Of a stretch of DNA of 64,000 bases, positions 61,996 through 64,000 are shown in pieces (position 1 is the stretch's first letter; the number at the start of each line of letters is the position of its first letter). Origin of the DNA: Candidatus Woesearchaeota archaeon (GTDB lineage: Archaea > Nanobdellota > Nanobdellia > Woesearchaeales > GW2011-AR4); NCBI GenBank assembly GCA_016188245.1, contig JACPIE010000028.1:5704-69703 (forward strand). Direction: 5' to 3'. Below the pieces are notes generated by a model. That model had not been told where the DNA came from. It did no database searches and was given only the letters and a program-made list of their open reading frames with translations. The translations under genes were made by a program, and so were the position numbers.

Positions 61996-63117
61996 ATGGC
62001 AACTGTGACGGTTGATGCACCAACAATAGAATTATGCCTTCCCCATTATGTTAGCAGGGAAGGGTTGGTAATCGTTTCTCGTTCGATGCAAGCAGTTTAT
62101 GCGGATATACAAAAAGCTGCAAGTGTCATATCGAATTTGTTAATCCTTGGAGAGAGCGGAACAGGCAAAGACACGGTAGCGTATGCCGTCCATAAAAATA
62201 GCAGTAGGCAGGGCAAAAAGCTTGTCCGCGTTGATATGGCAGCTTTACCAAGAGAATTGCTGGAAGCTGAGTTGTTTGGATATTGCAAAGGTGCATTTAC
62301 TCACGCAATTAAGGACAGGCAAGGCAGGTTTCTGTATGCTCACGGAAGCACATTATTCCTTAACGAGATAGTGGAAATAGACACTCAACTGCAGGCAAAG
62401 CTATTATCCGCCATCGAATACAAGGAAGTGACCAGGCTTGGCGAAGATGAAGCAAAGACTGTTGATGCAAGAATTATCGCAACAACTAATAGGGATATAC
62501 ACCAAGAGATGAGGCAAGGAAATTTTAGACAAGATCTTTATTATAGGTTAGCCGTCTTGACAATTCATCTTCCGCCGCTTAGAGAAAGAAGGGAAGACAT
62601 ACCCTACTTGATAGCTTTTTTAATGCAAAAACATCAACGAATTCTCGATATAGCAACAACACCATTTAAACAGCAGGAGTATGGCGTATTTCAAAATGAA
62701 TATGATTGGCCGGGAAATGTCAGGGAATTAAGCAATGTGGTTGAGCATATCATAGCTACAGGAAAGGATAAAATTGGCGTATTGGATAAAATGAGAAAAG
62801 AAGCACTTACTATATACGGGGCTAGGAACCCGGGCTTAGGAAGCGCATCAATGGGTGTTCAAAAATTGGCAGAAACTGAAAAAAGCCAAATTTTAAGCGC
62901 ATTAAGGGAATATAAGGGAAATATCACCTTAATAGCAGACAAACTAGGAGTCACGCGACAAACATTGAAATTTAAGTTAAATCAATATATTACTAGAGAC
63001 GATATAACAAGAGCTTTGGAACAATCAAATGGAGATAGAAATGCAGCTGCAGGTTTGCTTGGGATGAAACAGCAAACATTTCATGGAATGTTAATTCATC
63101 ATAAGATATCTTTATAA
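61996..63117 (+). CDS. NtrC-family sigma54-interaction-domain AAA+ transcriptional activator (no receiver/sensor domain) with C-terminal Fis-type HTH
   Basis: GESGTGKD, ELFGYCKGAFTHA, GSTLFLNEI, RQDLYYRLAVLTIHLPPLRERREDIPYL, WPGNVRELSNVVEH, and the HTH GNITLIADKLGVTRQTLKFKL. Confidence 0.8.
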   Translation: MATVTVDAPTIELCLPHYVSREGLVIVSRSMQAVYADIQKAASVISNLLILGESGTGKDTVAYAVHKNSSRQGKKLVRVDMAALPRELLEAELFGYCKGAFTHAIKDRQGRFLYAHGSTLFLNEIVEIDTQLQAKLLSAIEYKEVTRLGEDEAKTVDARIIATTNRDIHQEMRQGNFRQDLYYRLAVLTIHLPPLRERREDIPYLIAFLMQKHQRILDIATTPFKQQEYGVFQNEYDWPGNVRELSNVVEHIIATGKDKIGVLDKMRKEALTIYGARNPGLGSASMGVQKLAETEKSQILSALREYKGNITLIADKLGVTRQTLKFKLNQYITRDDITRALEQSNGDRNAAAGLLGMKQQTFHGMLIHHKISL

Positions 63118-63155
63118 ACATTAATCCTTTTTCTCTCTGGTTTAAATTATTCAAA

Positions 63156-64000
63156 ATGCTAAGCGAACAACTGACGGAAATATTCCTGAAAAACAAAGAG
63201 CCGTTTGCAGACATACTTGGGCAGGAAAATGCAAAGCAGGGCATCAAGTCAGCCTTGCTTGCCGACAGGCACATAGTCATTGTAGGCTCACCGGGAATCG
63301 GAAAAACTACATTGGCAAAGAACATAGCAAAACTGCTGCCTGATATGGAAGCCATAGAAGGCTGCCATTACCATTGTGCTCCGGAAAATCCGGTATGCCC
63401 TGCATGCAGGCAAAAAAAGCACCAAAAAACAGCCAGATTAAGCGGGGAAAAGCGATTTGTCAGGATACAGGGAAGCCCAGACTTAACAGTTGAAGACCTG
63501 CTTGGAGATATAGACCCGATAAAAGCCCTGAAATTCGGGCCCTTGAGCCTGGAAGCGTTCACTCCCGGAAAAATATTCAGGGCCAACAACGGAATTTTAT
63601 TTTTTGACGAGCTGAACAGATGCCCTGAAAAGCTGCAGAATGCCTTATTGCAGGTCCTGGAAGAAAGAAAAGCAACTATCGGCTCTTATGATGTTGACTT
63701 TGATGTTAATTTCATATTCATAGCTACGATGAACCCGGAAGACACTTCTACAGAAAAGCTGAGCGATGTGCTGCTTGACAGGTTTGACATTATTTACATG
63801 GGATATCCTGAAAACAACGAAACAGAAAAGCAGATTGTTTTGATGAAAGGAAAAAAATTGGCAAATGTTAACGATGAGCTGCTCAATCTGATTGTTTATT
63901 TCATCAGGCTGCTCCGCCAAGACGAAAAACTCGAAAAAAAGCCGAGCGTAAGGGCTTCAATCGGGCTGTATGAAAGGGCGCAAAGCAACGCACTCCTGAA
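63156..64000 (+). CDS. Mg-chelatase ChlI/BchI-like AAA+ ATPase (3' end outside the window); not in the ORF track
   Basis: My own translation from ATG 63156: FADILGQENAKQGIKSALLADRHIVIVGSPGIGKTTLAKNIAKLLP, Zn-ribbon-like insert GCHYHCAPENPVCPAC, GILFFDELNRCPEKLQNALLQVLEER, ATMNPED and LLDRFD. Open to the window end. Confidence 0.75.
   Translation, partial: MLSEQLTEIFLKNKEPFADILGQENAKQGIKSALLADRHIVIVGSPGIGKTTLAKNIAKLLPDMEAIEGCHYHCAPENPVCPACRQKKHQKTARLSGEKRFVRIQGSPDLTVEDLLGDIDPIKALKFGPLSLEAFTPGKIFRANNGILFFDELNRCPEKLQNALLQVLEERKATIGSYDVDFDVNFIFIATMNPEDTSTEKLSDVLLDRFDIIYMGYPENNETEKQIVLMKGKKLANVNDELLNLIVYFIRLLRQDEKLEKKPSVRASIGLYERAQSNALL

Noticed and set aside
1-64000. Search for CRISPR arrays, rRNA genes, integrases, transposases and prophage-like structural genes.
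   Set aside because: I saw no regularly spaced direct repeats, no rRNA-like conserved stretches, and no tyrosine or serine recombinase, DDE or IS200-type motifs in any frame.

Overview
Gene-dense segment of an archaeal chromosome. The diagnostic archaeal genes are PCNA, FEN1, Hjc, Hef, RadB, a fused PriS-PriL primase, tRNA-splicing endonuclease, class I CCA enzyme, aRNase J and uS2. I infer a small-genome DPANN-type lineage from the fused primase, lysine-rich protein tails and intron-rich tRNAs. I support about 75 protein-coding genes and 2 intron-containing tRNA genes; there is no rRNA, CRISPR array, integrase or transposase. Many starts in the supplied ORF track are TTG/GTG read-ins, and I moved those to the first in-frame ATG that removes the overlap with the neighbouring gene. 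Main points of interest: (1) 31.5-38.6 kb is a visibly A+T-richer accessory island with nine unassignable or defence-flavoured ORFs (Mrr-like nuclease, HhH-GPD glycosylase-like, HEPN-like RNxxxH protein, membrane cassettes). It is bracketed by inverted copies of an element sharing four collinear conserved blocks; the left copy is expanded by hairpin-forming insertions and looks like a structured RNA. (2) 3-18 kb is a bacterial-style acyl/fatty-acid neighbourhood: SDR, FabZ-like hotdog, two thiolase paralogs flanking a DUF35-DUF362 fusion, acyl-CoA carboxylase parts, BirA and a thioesterase, plus GpsA at the window edge. (3) GyrA is interrupted by a 528-aa intein carrying an HNH motif and about 10 NUMOD3-like repeats. 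(4) tRNA-Gly(CCC) has an anticodon-loop intron and a T-loop intron, and a second 159-nt tRNA gene has about 80 nt of extra sequence and an ambiguous anticodon. (5) An NtrC-type sigma54-activator AAA+ protein (GAFTHA loop) sits in an otherwise archaeal context, next to a ChlI-like AAA+ gene. All function calls come from motif recognition by eye; no database search or computation was run.
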